Part shown: positions 36,812 through 45,138 of the stretch, one piece after another
Numbering within the stretch: position 1 is the stretch's first letter
How the letters are laid out: every line of letters begins with the position of its first letter
Assembly: GCF_902785355.1 (NCBI RefSeq)
Contig: NZ_CACZYF010000002.1
Source of the DNA: an uncultured Ruminococcus sp.
Lineage (GTDB): Bacteria > Bacillota > Clostridia > Oscillospirales > Acutalibacteraceae
Length of the DNA: 64,000 bases
Reading direction: 5' to 3' (one strand)
Made by a program: the position numbers and the translations under genes
The notes under the pieces: model-generated
What the model was told of the DNA's origin: nothing
Database searches by the model: none
The model's input: only the letters and a program-made list of their open reading frames with translations

Positions 36812-39800
36812 TCATGCGTCGATCGTTGAGATCGTCAGCGTGGTCTCCTCGAGTACATCAAGTAATACACGAACGGTATCTAATGATGTGAAGATGGTCA
36901 CACCGTTTTCGACAGCTGTCTGGCGGATCGCGGTGCCGTCCTCATAGTGCACGCCCGACATGATCGCTCTGGTGTTGATAACGTAGCTGACATAGCCTGC
37001 GCGGATCGCGTCGAGGATCTGGGTAGAGCCCTCAGATAGCTTTCTGAGCGTCCTTGTACGGATGCCGTGCTCGCGCATGACCTTTGCGGTCAGGTCGGTC
37101 GCCTCGATATTGAAGCCGAGGTTGTAGAAACGGCGTACCAGCGGGATCGCTTCTTCCTTATCTTCATCCGCGAGAGTGACGATAACGGTACCGTAGTTCT
37201 GCACCTTGGTGCCTGCCGCGACGAGCGCCTTGTACATGGCACGCGACAGCTTTTTATCATAGCCGATCGCTTCACCTGTAGACTTCATTTCGGGAGAGAG
37301 ATAAGCGTCAAGTCCCTTGATCTTCTGGAACGAGAATACCGGAACCTTGACATAATAACGCTTCTTCTCTTCGGGATAAAGCTGGAAGATTCCCTGCTCT
37401 TTCAGGCTCTTGCCGAGGATGACCTCGGTCGCGATATCCGCAAGGGAATAGCCGGTAGATTTAGAGAGGAACGGAACGGTTCTGGAGGAACGCGGGTTGA
37501 CCTCTATAATGTAAACGTCGTCGTTTTCGTCAACGATGAACTGGATATTATACAGACCGATGATGCCGATGGCTTTACCGAGCTTTTTAGCATACTGTAA
37601 AATGATACCCTTGACCTTATCGGAGATGGAGAAGGACGGGTAGACGGAAATCGAGTCGCCCGAATGAACGCCTGTTCTCTCTACCAGCTCCATGATACCG
37701 GGCACGAACACGTCAACGCCGTCGCAGATCGCGTCGACCTCGACCTCTTTACCCATGATGTATTTATCGACCAGAACGGGCTTGTCTTCATCGATCTCAA
37801 CAGCAGTTTTCAGATAGTGGCGTAAATCCTCTTCCTTACTTACGATCTGCATGGCGCGGCCGCCAAGCACGAACGACGGACGGACGAGCACGGGATAGCC
37901 GATCTCGGCGGCAGCTTTGACGCCTTCTTCTATCGAAGTGACAGCCTTGCCCGCGGGCTGCGGGATACCGAGTTCCTTGATGATGGCGTTGAAGCTGTCG
38001 CGGTTCTCGGCTCTCTCGATCGCGGCACAGTCTGTACCGATGATCTTCACACCTCTGTCCATCAGCGGCTGAGCGAGGTTGATCGCAGTCTGACCGCCTA
38101 AAGAAGCGATAACGCCCTCGGGCTGCTCAAAGTCAATGATCGCCATGACGTCCTCGGGTGTGAGGGGCTCGAAATAGAGCTTGTCGGCGGTGGTATAGTC
38201 GGTGGAAACGGTTTCGGGGTTATTATTGATGATGATCGCTTCATAACCCGCACGGCGGATGGTCTGTACCGCGTGAACGGTAGAGTAGTCAAACTCTACG
38301 CCCTGACCGATACGGATGGGACCCGCGCCGAGCACTATGATCTTTTTCTTATCGGTGAGGCGGGAAGCGTTCTCACCCGTGTAGGACGAGTAGAGATAGG
38401 CGATGTACTTACCGGTATGCAGCGTGTCGACCATCTTAAAGATGGGGGTGATACCGTTCGCCTTGCGGGTATTGTAGATCTCGATCTCGGGAGTGTTCCA
38501 GAGAGCGGAGATATATTCATCGGAGAAGCCCATGATCTTCGCGGCTCTGAGGGTCTCGATATCGCCCTTGTTCGCCTTGAGGGTATTCTCCATGTCAACG
38601 ATCTTCTTAAACGATTCGAGGAACAACTCAGTAATCATGGTGACCTCATGGAGCTTCTCGATCGAGGCGCCGCGGCGGAGCAGCTCAAAGACGGCATAGA
38701 CGTTATCGTCCTTGAACTCGCTGAGATAATCGAACAGCTCGTCGTCGGAGTAGTCGTCGAACTTGGACAGATAGAAGTGGCACACACCGGTCTCGAGGGA
38801 ACGAACAGACTTGAGGCAGCACTCCTCGAGGGTGGAGCCGATGCCCATGACCTCGCCGGTCGCCTTCATCTGGGTACCGAGGGTGTTGGGCGCGTCGGCA
38901 AATTTATCGAAGGGGAAGCGCGGGAACTTCGCGACGATATAGTCGAGCGAAGGCTCGATCGCCGCCGTACCGCCCGCTACCGGGATCTCCTCCAGCGCCA
39001 TACCCATCGCGATCTTCGCGGTGACGCGGGCGATCGGATAACCCGACGCCTTGGACGCGAGCGCCGAGGAGCGGGAAACGCGGGGGTTGACCTCGATCAG
39101 GTAATACTCAGAGGAGGTCGGATTCAGCGCGAACTGGACGTTGCAGCCGCCCTCGATCTTCAGCTCACGGATGATCTTGATCGCGCTGTCGTTGAGCATC
39201 TTCAGGTCTTTATCGTTCAGCGAAAGGATCGGCGCGACAACGATGCTGTCGCCGGTATGGACGCCGACGGGATCGACGTTCTCCATGCCGCAGATGGTGA
39301 TCGCGGTATCGTTAGAGTCGCGCATGACCTCGAACTCGATCTCCTTGTAGCCCTTTACGGACTTCTCGATCAAGACCTGATGCACAGGACTGAGTGCAAA
39401 CGCCTGTCTGCCTATTTCAACCAATTCTTCTTCATTATCCGCAAAGCCGCCGCCTGTACCGCCAAGGGTGAACGCAGGGCGGAGCACAACGGGATAGCCG
39501 ACTTCTGTGGCAGCCTTTTTTGCTTCATCAAGATTATAGGTGATCTGCGACGGGATGACCGGCTCACCGATACTCTCGCACATTTCCTTGAACAGCTCTC
39601 TGTCCTCGGCGCGCTCGATACTCTCAGACGAGGTGCCGAGCAGTTGTACACCACACTCCTTGAGGATACCCTTACGCTCAAGCTGCATTGCGAGATTCAG
39701 ACCCGTCTGACCGCCGATACCCGGCACGATCGCGTCGGGACGCTCATAGCGGAGGATTTTCGCGATATACTCCAGCGTCAGCGGCTCCATATAGACCTTG

Positions 39801-39985
39801 TCCGCGATCTGGGTATCGGTCATGATGGTCGCAGGGTTAGAGTTGCACAGGATAACCTCGTAACCCTCTTCCTTGAGCGCCAAGCAAGCCTGGGTGCCCG
39901 CGTAGTCGAACTCGGCAGCCTGACCGATCACGATCGGACCCGAGCCGATGATAAGTACCTTTTTCACATCAGTTCTTTTTGCCAT
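36812..39985 (-). CDS. carB: Carbamoyl-phosphate synthase large subunit
   Basis: About 1057 aa with duplicated ATP-grasp halves and an MGS-like C-terminus. Start set at MAKRTDVKKVLIIGSGPI. Confidence 0.95.
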   Translation of the reverse strand: MAKRTDVKKVLIIGSGPIVIGQAAEFDYAGTQACLALKEEGYEVILCNSNPATIMTDTQIADKVYMEPLTLEYIAKILRYERPDAIVPGIGGQTGLNLAMQLERKGILKECGVQLLGTSSESIERAEDRELFKEMCESIGEPVIPSQITYNLDEAKKAATEVGYPVVLRPAFTLGGTGGGFADNEEELVEIGRQAFALSPVHQVLIEKSVKGYKEIEFEVMRDSNDTAITICGMENVDPVGVHTGDSIVVAPILSLNDKDLKMLNDSAIKIIRELKIEGGCNVQFALNPTSSEYYLIEVNPRVSRSSALASKASGYPIARVTAKIAMGMALEEIPVAGGTAAIEPSLDYIVAKFPRFPFDKFADAPNTLGTQMKATGEVMGIGSTLEECCLKSVRSLETGVCHFYLSKFDDYSDDELFDYLSEFKDDNVYAVFELLRRGASIEKLHEVTMITELFLESFKKIVDMENTLKANKGDIETLRAAKIMGFSDEYISALWNTPEIEIYNTRKANGITPIFKMVDTLHTGKYIAYLYSSYTGENASRLTDKKKIIVLGAGPIRIGQGVEFDYSTVHAVQTIRRAGYEAIIINNNPETVSTDYTTADKLYFEPLTPEDVMAIIDFEQPEGVIASLGGQTAINLAQPLMDRGVKIIGTDCAAIERAENRDSFNAIIKELGIPQPAGKAVTSIEEGVKAAAEIGYPVLVRPSFVLGGRAMQIVSKEEDLRHYLKTAVEIDEDKPVLVDKYIMGKEVEVDAICDGVDVFVPGIMELVERTGVHSGDSISVYPSFSISDKVKGIILQYAKKLGKAIGIIGLYNIQFIVDENDDVYIIEVNPRSSRTVPFLSKSTGYSLADIATEVILGKSLKEQGIFQLYPEEKKRYYVKVPVFSFQKIKGLDAYLSPEMKSTGEAIGYDKKLSRAMYKALVAAGTKVQNYGTVIVTLADEDKEEAIPLVRRFYNLGFNIEATDLTAKVMREHGIRTRTLRKLSEGSTQILDAIRAGYVSYVINTRAIMSGVHYEDGTAIRQTAVENGVTIFTSLDTVRVLLDVLEETTLTISTIDA

Positions 39986-40020
39986 AATAATACCTCCCAA
40001 ATAACGACGGCTTTGCCGCC

Positions 40021-40108
40021 GGTGAATGGTGAACGCTGAATGGTGAGCAGTATCGGGAGGGCTGCGCCCTCACCTGTTTCTGCTTGTCGCCTTTCATCGT
40101 CCCGATTC
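40021..40108. repeat. Heptad-armed hairpin element, copy f (pyrC-carB spacer, inverted orientation)
   Basis: GGTGAAT GGTGAAC GCTGAAT GGTGAGC, then ATCGGGAGGGC-tgc-GCCCTCACC, then a pyrimidine-rich arm. Confidence 0.6.
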
Positions 40109-40134
40109 TATTTTAATCTTTTCTAAAAACCATC

Positions 40135-41364
40135 TTAATGCTGACTGTCGTTTAAAGCATACACCGCCTTGCCGCCCTTTACGGTCAAGAGGCATACGCC
40201 GCTGAGTTCCCAGCCCTCGAAGGGCGTCGCCTTACCCATCGAAAGAAAGTCCTTCGGGTCGACGGTAAAGCTTCTGTCCAGATCCCAGACGGTGTAGTCG
40301 TTTGGATCGAGCGGGATATTGAAGCGCTTACGCGCGTTAAACACCAAGAGCTCCATGAGCTTTTCCATGGAGATGAAGCCGGTCTTGACGAGCTTCGTAT
40401 ATAGCACGGGAAACGCCGTCTCGATACCGACGATACCGAAGGCGGATTTCTCCAGCCCCCTCGCCTTTTCCTCGTCGCTGTGGGGCGCGTGATCGGTAGC
40501 GATCATGTCTATCGTACCGTCGGCGATCCCCTCTAGGAGCGCCTCTCGGTCAGCTTTATCGCGAAGCGGCGGATTCATCTTGAAGCGTCCGTCCTCCATC
40601 AGATCGCTGTCGTCCATGACAAGATAATGCGGCCCCGTCTCGCAGGTGATATTCACACCTTCTGCCTTTGCCTGACGGATCAGCGCGACGCTCTCCTTGG
40701 TGGAGATGTGACAGACATGGTAGCCGCAGCCGGTCTGACGACACAGTTCGATATCTCTCTTGATGGGACCCCACTCGCTCTCTGAGCAGATCCCGCGGTG
40801 ACCGTGCGCCTTTGCGTAGCCGCCGTCGTGGATATAGCCGCCGTGAAGCAGGCTGTTGTCCTCACAATGGGCAACAATCAGTTTGCCCAGCGATTTTGCC
40901 CGCTGCATCGCCTCGCGCATCATGCTCTCGCTCTGCACACCGCGGCCGTCATCGGAGAACGCGACGACGTCAGCCGCCATACCTTCCAGATCGGCGAGCG
41001 CCTCTCCCCTCTCGCCTACGGTGATCGCGCCGTAGGGCAGCACATCGATCACCGAGTCGCGTTCGATGATATCGAGCTGCTGTCTGAGGTTTTCGACGCT
41101 GTCGGGGACGGGATTCAGGTTCGGCATCGTGCAAACGGTGGTATATCCGCCGCGCGCTGCCGCCGCCGAACCGGTGGCAATTTTTTCTTTATAAGAAAAT
41201 CCCGGCTCGCGAAAATGCACATGCACATCACAAAAGCCGGGAAAGGCAACAAGATTATCAGAGCGCTGCGAAAGGACATCGGGACAGAAAAAGGCGCTGT
41301 CTGCCGAGGGTAAAAAGTCGAACATTCTCTTGATTTCCACAATCTGAGTTTTAATACCACCCAT
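40135..41364 (-). CDS. pyrC: Dihydroorotase
   Basis: Contains FCDVHVHFREPG and HCED motifs and the Asp loop ATDHAPH. 409 aa; the start is uncertain. Confidence 0.9.
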   Translation of the reverse strand: MGGIKTQIVEIKRMFDFLPSADSAFFCPDVLSQRSDNLVAFPGFCDVHVHFREPGFSYKEKIATGSAAAARGGYTTVCTMPNLNPVPDSVENLRQQLDIIERDSVIDVLPYGAITVGERGEALADLEGMAADVVAFSDDGRGVQSESMMREAMQRAKSLGKLIVAHCEDNSLLHGGYIHDGGYAKAHGHRGICSESEWGPIKRDIELCRQTGCGYHVCHISTKESVALIRQAKAEGVNITCETGPHYLVMDDSDLMEDGRFKMNPPLRDKADREALLEGIADGTIDMIATDHAPHSDEEKARGLEKSAFGIVGIETAFPVLYTKLVKTGFISMEKLMELLVFNARKRFNIPLDPNDYTVWDLDRSFTVDPKDFLSMGKATPFEGWELSGVCLLTVKGGKAVYALNDSQH

Positions 41365-41426
41365 GGTAACGCTCCTTTCGACTGAACGGATCGTTTCGGG
41401 ATATCCGAACCGATTGACCGTTATTT

Positions 41427-41455
41427 AAAGAAAAAGCCTCACACACGGCGAGGCT
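41427..41455 (-). terminator. Leader hairpin plus U-tract, proximal (candidate pyr attenuator terminator)
   Basis: Minus strand reads AGCCTC-gccgtgtgt-GAGGCT followed by TTTTTCTTT, about 60 nt upstream of the pyrC RBS. Confidence 0.55.
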
Positions 41456-41462
41456 GATAACA

Positions 41463-41486
41463 CAAAAACTCGGGCATCCCTGCCCG
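41463..41486 (-). terminator. Leader hairpin plus U-tract, distal
   Basis: Minus strand reads CGGGCA-ggga-TGCCCG followed by AGTTTTTGTG. Confidence 0.45.
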
Positions 41487-41537
41487 TATCCCAATCTTGT
41501 CGATATCACAGTATCGCCTTAAAGATTTATTGAATGT

Positions 41538-41567
41538 ATTTTACCACAGGAAGGGGGGTTCTGTCAA
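41538..41567 (-). promoter_or_regulatory. Promoter of the pyr block, with an extended -10
   Basis: Minus strand reads TTGACA-18 nt-(TGg)TAAAAT. Confidence 0.5.
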
Positions 41568-41949
41568 ATAGGTTTATTCTGCGAATCGTGCATAATTTCT
41601 GGTCATTTTGACCAAAATCATCCGGCATAATTCTTACACGAAATAATGGCGCGCCGTATGAAACGAATGAAGCTTGATACAGGAAAAACCTGCCGCAAAA
41701 CAAAGGACAGAATCGCGAACAAGCCGGTCGTTTACGTGTTCTTAACGATTGTTTTCAGAGAAAACAGGCTGTAATCGAGCTCAATAACAGCGAGCCGAAC
41801 ACCTCACAAAACCGACAGAGTCAAGAATCGCATCGGGTCTCTCTTCCCGAAAGCCCATATTTGCGAATGAAATCCACTCCGGCGAAACACCCCTGTTTAC
41901 GGGTGAAATATGTCCGCAAATTCGCCCATATAAACGGGTGAAAATCGTG

Positions 41950-41978
41950 TTGACAAACACCCATTAACTTGCTATAAT
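41950..41978 (+). promoter_or_regulatory. Consensus sigma-A promoter of the tRNA gene
   Basis: TTGACA-17 nt-TATAAT, ending 20 nt before the tRNA 5' end. Confidence 0.65.
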
Positions 41979-41998
41979 AATCAAGTTAAAACAAATGC

Positions 41999-42075
41999 GG
42001 GCCACTAGCTCAGTTGGTTAGAGCAACCGGCTCATAACCGGTCGGTCCGGGGTTCGAGTCCCTGATGGCCCACCA
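41999..42075 (+). tRNA. tRNA with anticodon CAT (elongator Met or lysidine-modified Ile2), with encoded CCA
   Basis: 77-nt cloverleaf read by hand. Acceptor GGGCCAc/aTGGCCC, D arm GCTC/GAGC, anticodon stem ACCGG/CCGGT with loop CTCATAA, T arm CGGGG-TTCGAGT-CCCTG, then ACCA. Confidence 0.9.
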
Positions 42076-42084
42076 CAGCAGAGC

Positions 42085-42131
42085 AAATCCGAAATCGTCA
42101 TCGTCGGTGACTGTTTCGGATTTCTCATTTT
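42085..42131 (+). terminator. Hairpin plus T-tract after the tRNA
   Basis: AAATCCGAAA-19 nt-TTTCGGATTT followed by CTCATTTT. Confidence 0.5.
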
Positions 42132-42174
42132 CCGTGATTTTGTCTGAATGTGAGCTGTTTTCGTATAATCGAAT

Positions 42175-42210
42175 CAGGCAGGGAGTTTTGACGCTCCCTG
42201 CCTGTTTTTT
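42175..42210 (+). terminator. Strong rho-independent terminator
   Basis: CAGGCAGGGAG-ttttgacg-CTCCCTGCCTG followed by TTTTTT. Confidence 0.75.
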
Positions 42211-42226
42211 ACTCTCGCAGCGATAT

Positions 42227-42475
42227 TTACATCTGTTCGATCACCGTCCCACATTCGCTCTGTTCTTCGTCCTGTTGCTTCAAAAGCTCTTGCGCCTGTC
42301 TCCATGCTTCAAACTCTCTTTGTCCTTCCTCGGTCTCAAAGAAGGCAATGATGTCGGGGAGAACCATTCGTGCAATGGATTCAAGAACATGTTCCGGGAT
42401 TCCGCACTCGGTGTTGGGATCGGGCGGTAATCCCATTAAGTCGGCTTCGGTGATTGTCTTGCGTGTTGTTGCCAT
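42227..42475 (-). CDS. Small acidic hypothetical protein of the kind seen on mobile elements
   Basis: 82-aa ORF (...GIPEHVLESIARMVLPDIIAFFETEEGQREFEAWRQ...). No convincing RBS, so the start is uncertain. Confidence 0.4.
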   Translation of the reverse strand: MATTRKTITEADLMGLPPDPNTECGIPEHVLESIARMVLPDIIAFFETEEGQREFEAWRQAQELLKQQDEEQSECGTVIEQM

Positions 42476-42861
42476 AAGGCAACGCTTCTATCTTTGTCGG
42501 TCATTCCTCCTTCTTAGTTCAGATAGATTGTGCCCATCGGGCGGTGGATTTGTAATTCATTTTTCCTCCGAAATTTGGCTTTTGCTATTTGGAAAGAGTA
42601 ACTGAAAATGAAATAGCCTCATGTGTCAAGCAGGTTGACACACAAGACTATGAATCATTTGTATTCAATTATCTTTCTATTCGATATTATAACAAATTCG
42701 AACATATTTGTCAAGCCTTTGGTGCCGAGCCATCATGGGATAGATTCTTTCCGCATACCGAACTGTTCTTCGGAGCCGTTCGGCGTTTTCTTTGTATGGC
42801 GCCGCAATATTTGACATTGGATTTGAGTCACACCGAACAAATAAAAACGGAAAACTTTTAC

Positions 42862-42890
42862 TTGTAAAACCTCTGAACCTAAGCTAAAAT
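42862..42890 (+). promoter_or_regulatory. Candidate promoter of the dockerin gene
   Basis: TTGTAA-17 nt-TAAAAT. An AAGGAGG RBS sits 9 nt before the ATG at 42919. Confidence 0.45.
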
Positions 42891-42918
42891 ACACCAAACC
42901 GTAAAGGAGGTTTCTGTT

Positions 42919-44028
42919 ATGAAAGTAAAATCTGTTTTATCTTTATCACTCTGTATGGCGATGATGATGTCCGTATCCGTCAAAGCAGAAAGTCGAATGC
43001 TCGGTGATGTCGACGGTGACGGCGAGATCAGTATTACCGACGCAACGATTATCCAGCGATACACGGTCGGTATCAAGACGCCTGTCGCTGTTACTTCTTC
43101 TGTTGCCGACATTGACGGCGATCACACCGTGACCGTGATGGATGCTTCACACCTGCAACGCTGGATGGTGAATGTATCAGATAGCTGTCCGATCTCGAAG
43201 CCTATCTATGAACCGTCGCCGACTGATCGGTATGTTACGGTCGAGGGCGTCACCTTCGATTTGAAGAAAGTTCCTTCGGAAATCACTCTTACAGATAAAA
43301 GCATTACCTTGATGCTCTTGCCTAAGAGTGAGATCGATCCCCACGATATCACGACAGTGGTCAATAACGGTCAATACATTAATCAGATTGACTACACTGA
43401 CAGCCGTTTCAAGGAGAGTTACCTGATCGAAAAGGAGAACGGAATCCTTCACGGTTATGACTGCGAAGTGACCGACAGAGAGGATAATCCTCTGGCTTAC
43501 GTCTACGCTCACTACAGGAGCGGGCTGTGCTTTCCTTTTCAGACGACAATCAGCTGTATCGGAGAAGCGCACGGAATCTTTCCGATCGAGCTGTATTACA
43601 AGGGCAAGTTGATACGACGAGTGACTGTCAAGGTCGACGTCAACCGTACTCCCGAGGTTATCGAAAAGACGTTGAACATCGTTCGGTCGGCTGAGAAAGC
43701 CTGTTGGACTTCGTCCATGACCGACAGAGAAAAGATGAAAGCCTTTGCCGAATACATTCGGGATCACTATACATATGACCAAATCATGTGCGTTGAGGGA
43801 GCGGTTTTGACCGCCTTTGCCGCCAGAGATCTGGGACTTGAATCCATGCTTCTCTATCCGGGCGGTGAAGCAACCCAGCACTGTGACCGCCATATCGTTA
43901 CATATAATCTGTATGCAAATACAGCCGTTCCGGGCGGACACTGCGCTTGCCTGGTCAAGTATGATAACTGCACCATGCGCTATGATGTGCAGGGTGAGCT
44001 GTGTATTATCAAGGAATATGCACGCTGA
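42919..44028 (+). CDS. Secreted dockerin-domain protein with a possible transglutaminase-like cysteine peptidase C-terminal domain
   Basis: Signal peptide MKVKSVLSLSLCMAMMMSVSVKA. Two dockerin Ca-binding repeats (GDVDGDGEISITDATIIQRY and ADIDGDHTVTVMDASHLQRW). C-terminal Cys...His...Asp pattern (MCVEGAV...GGHCACL...RYDV). Confidence 0.8.
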   Translation: MKVKSVLSLSLCMAMMMSVSVKAESRMLGDVDGDGEISITDATIIQRYTVGIKTPVAVTSSVADIDGDHTVTVMDASHLQRWMVNVSDSCPISKPIYEPSPTDRYVTVEGVTFDLKKVPSEITLTDKSITLMLLPKSEIDPHDITTVVNNGQYINQIDYTDSRFKESYLIEKENGILHGYDCEVTDREDNPLAYVYAHYRSGLCFPFQTTISCIGEAHGIFPIELYYKGKLIRRVTVKVDVNRTPEVIEKTLNIVRSAEKACWTSSMTDREKMKAFAEYIRDHYTYDQIMCVEGAVLTAFAARDLGLESMLLYPGGEATQHCDRHIVTYNLYANTAVPGGHCACLVKYDNCTMRYDVQGELCIIKEYAR

Positions 44029-44045
44029 TAAATCCACAAGAATCG

Positions 44046-44067
44046 CCGTCCTTCGGGACGGTTTTTT
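44046..44067 (+). terminator. Rho-independent terminator after the dockerin gene
   Basis: CCGTCC-ttcg-GGACGG followed by TTTTTT. Confidence 0.8.
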
Positions 44068-44161
44068 CTTGATTACACCCAGTAAAACCGGACAACTTTT
44101 TCTTTGTCTAAGCGGAGAAATCTTTTCTCTTTTTGTGCACTATTTTTGCGCGAAATCACTC

Positions 44162-44346
44162 GCAACCCACATTAAGCTCTCATTTTTGGCTTGATTTCGT
44201 AATCAGAAAATCTCAGCAACCCACAAAATCGAAAACGAGCCAATAGCAACCCACCTAAAAACCAGCTCTAAGAATGTCTCAAAAATGGCTTAACGGTCGG
44301 CGTTGCCGTCCGTTGTGATGCCCGATAATTTGAAACAGCAACCCAC
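44162..44346 (+). repeat. Four direct copies of the 9-mer GCAACCCAC (iteron-like) in a non-coding stretch
   Basis: Exact copies at 44162, 44216, 44246 and 44338, all in the same orientation. Confidence 0.6.
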
Positions 44347-44722
44347 TTCCTTTTCACCTGCTTCAAAATCGAATCTACACCGTATTCGTCATAATGGACA
44401 ATTCGCTTCACTTAATCGGTGTTCCAACCGGATTTATAATGGGGACGGTATTGAGCAGGGACGACAATACATTGTACTGAAATGGCGCTTATCTAAGCGC
44501 TTTTCGATGTTTTGGAGGTGTGTAGAAATAATATCGTCCCCACCGTCCCAAAGCAATAAACGAGGATATAGGAGGGTCAATCACCTTATGATTTTTCTCC
44601 AAAAACGCATCTCAAAACCGATAGTCTCAGAGCAATTATTCTGCAATTAATGTAACGAAAACCATTCCATATTTGCTCATCAGAAACGAGAACAGCGGCG
44701 AGATCATTTGATCTCACCGCTG

Positions 44723-44986
44723 CTATGATTCTGTATAAATCTCTGTTGCGATCTTCACGCCGAGCTTGAAGCCTTCGATATAAGCATCCTTCTCAGACAG
44801 AGCGATCACCGATAGCTGGCAGTTCTCGATCTGATTCAGCTTCTCTTTCTGCTGCTCCGAAGTGATTATTGATCGAAACTCATCGAGTAATTTCGCCATC
44901 TCTGAGAGCTTTTTCTTGGTGCCTTTGCTCTGATTATACTCGCTTGGATTGACATTTCCGAAGAAGAAATCTTCTAACGTGGTCAT
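44723..44986 (-). CDS. Small helical hypothetical protein
   Basis: MTTLEDFFFGNVNPSEY... (87 aa). The ATG is preceded by AAGGAG, and a hairpin terminator lies downstream at about 44696-44722. Confidence 0.55.
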   Translation of the reverse strand: MTTLEDFFFGNVNPSEYNQSKGTKKKLSEMAKLLDEFRSIITSEQQKEKLNQIENCQLSVIALSEKDAYIEGFKLGVKIATEIYTES

Positions 44987-45138
44987 GGTATCACGCTCCT
45001 TACAAGCACAATACAATACCATATTTTGATTACAATATCCAGCTAAATAATCGACAAAGAAAGATAAAGATAATTGTAAAACAGGTCAATGAATATGATA
45101 TTTTTAATGATATATTCGAATACGTTTACCAGATGAAA

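Noticed and set aside
38273-40039. 588-aa plus-strand ORF
   Set aside because: It is antisense to carB, so it is a shadow ORF.
41427-41486. PyrR binding loop in the pyr leader
   Set aside because: GUGUGAGGCU only loosely resembles the ARUCCAGAGAGGYU consensus, and it lies in the 3' arm of a terminator. I do not call it a PyrR site.
41999-42075. Initiator tRNA-fMet assignment
   Set aside because: The anticodon stem is ACCGG/CCGGT and lacks the three consecutive G-C pairs next to the loop. Base pair 1-72 is a normal G-C. It is therefore an elongator Met or Ile2(CAT).
42589-42867. 92-aa ORF upstream of the dockerin gene
   Set aside because: It has no RBS and no recognisable features, and it overlaps the candidate promoter region of the dockerin gene.
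43177-44037. 286-aa minus-strand ORF
   Set aside because: It is antisense to the dockerin gene, which has a signal peptide, dockerin repeats, an RBS, a promoter and a terminator.
44162-44346. DnaA boxes
   Set aside because: GCAACCCAC(A) shares only the CCACA half with TTATCCACA, and only two of the four copies do so. I do not call this an origin.
44303-44650. 115-aa ORF in the non-coding stretch
   Set aside because: It has a TTG start and no RBS. Its sequence is basic and low-complexity. It spans the GCAACCCAC repeats and the nested hairpins, so I treat the region as non-coding.
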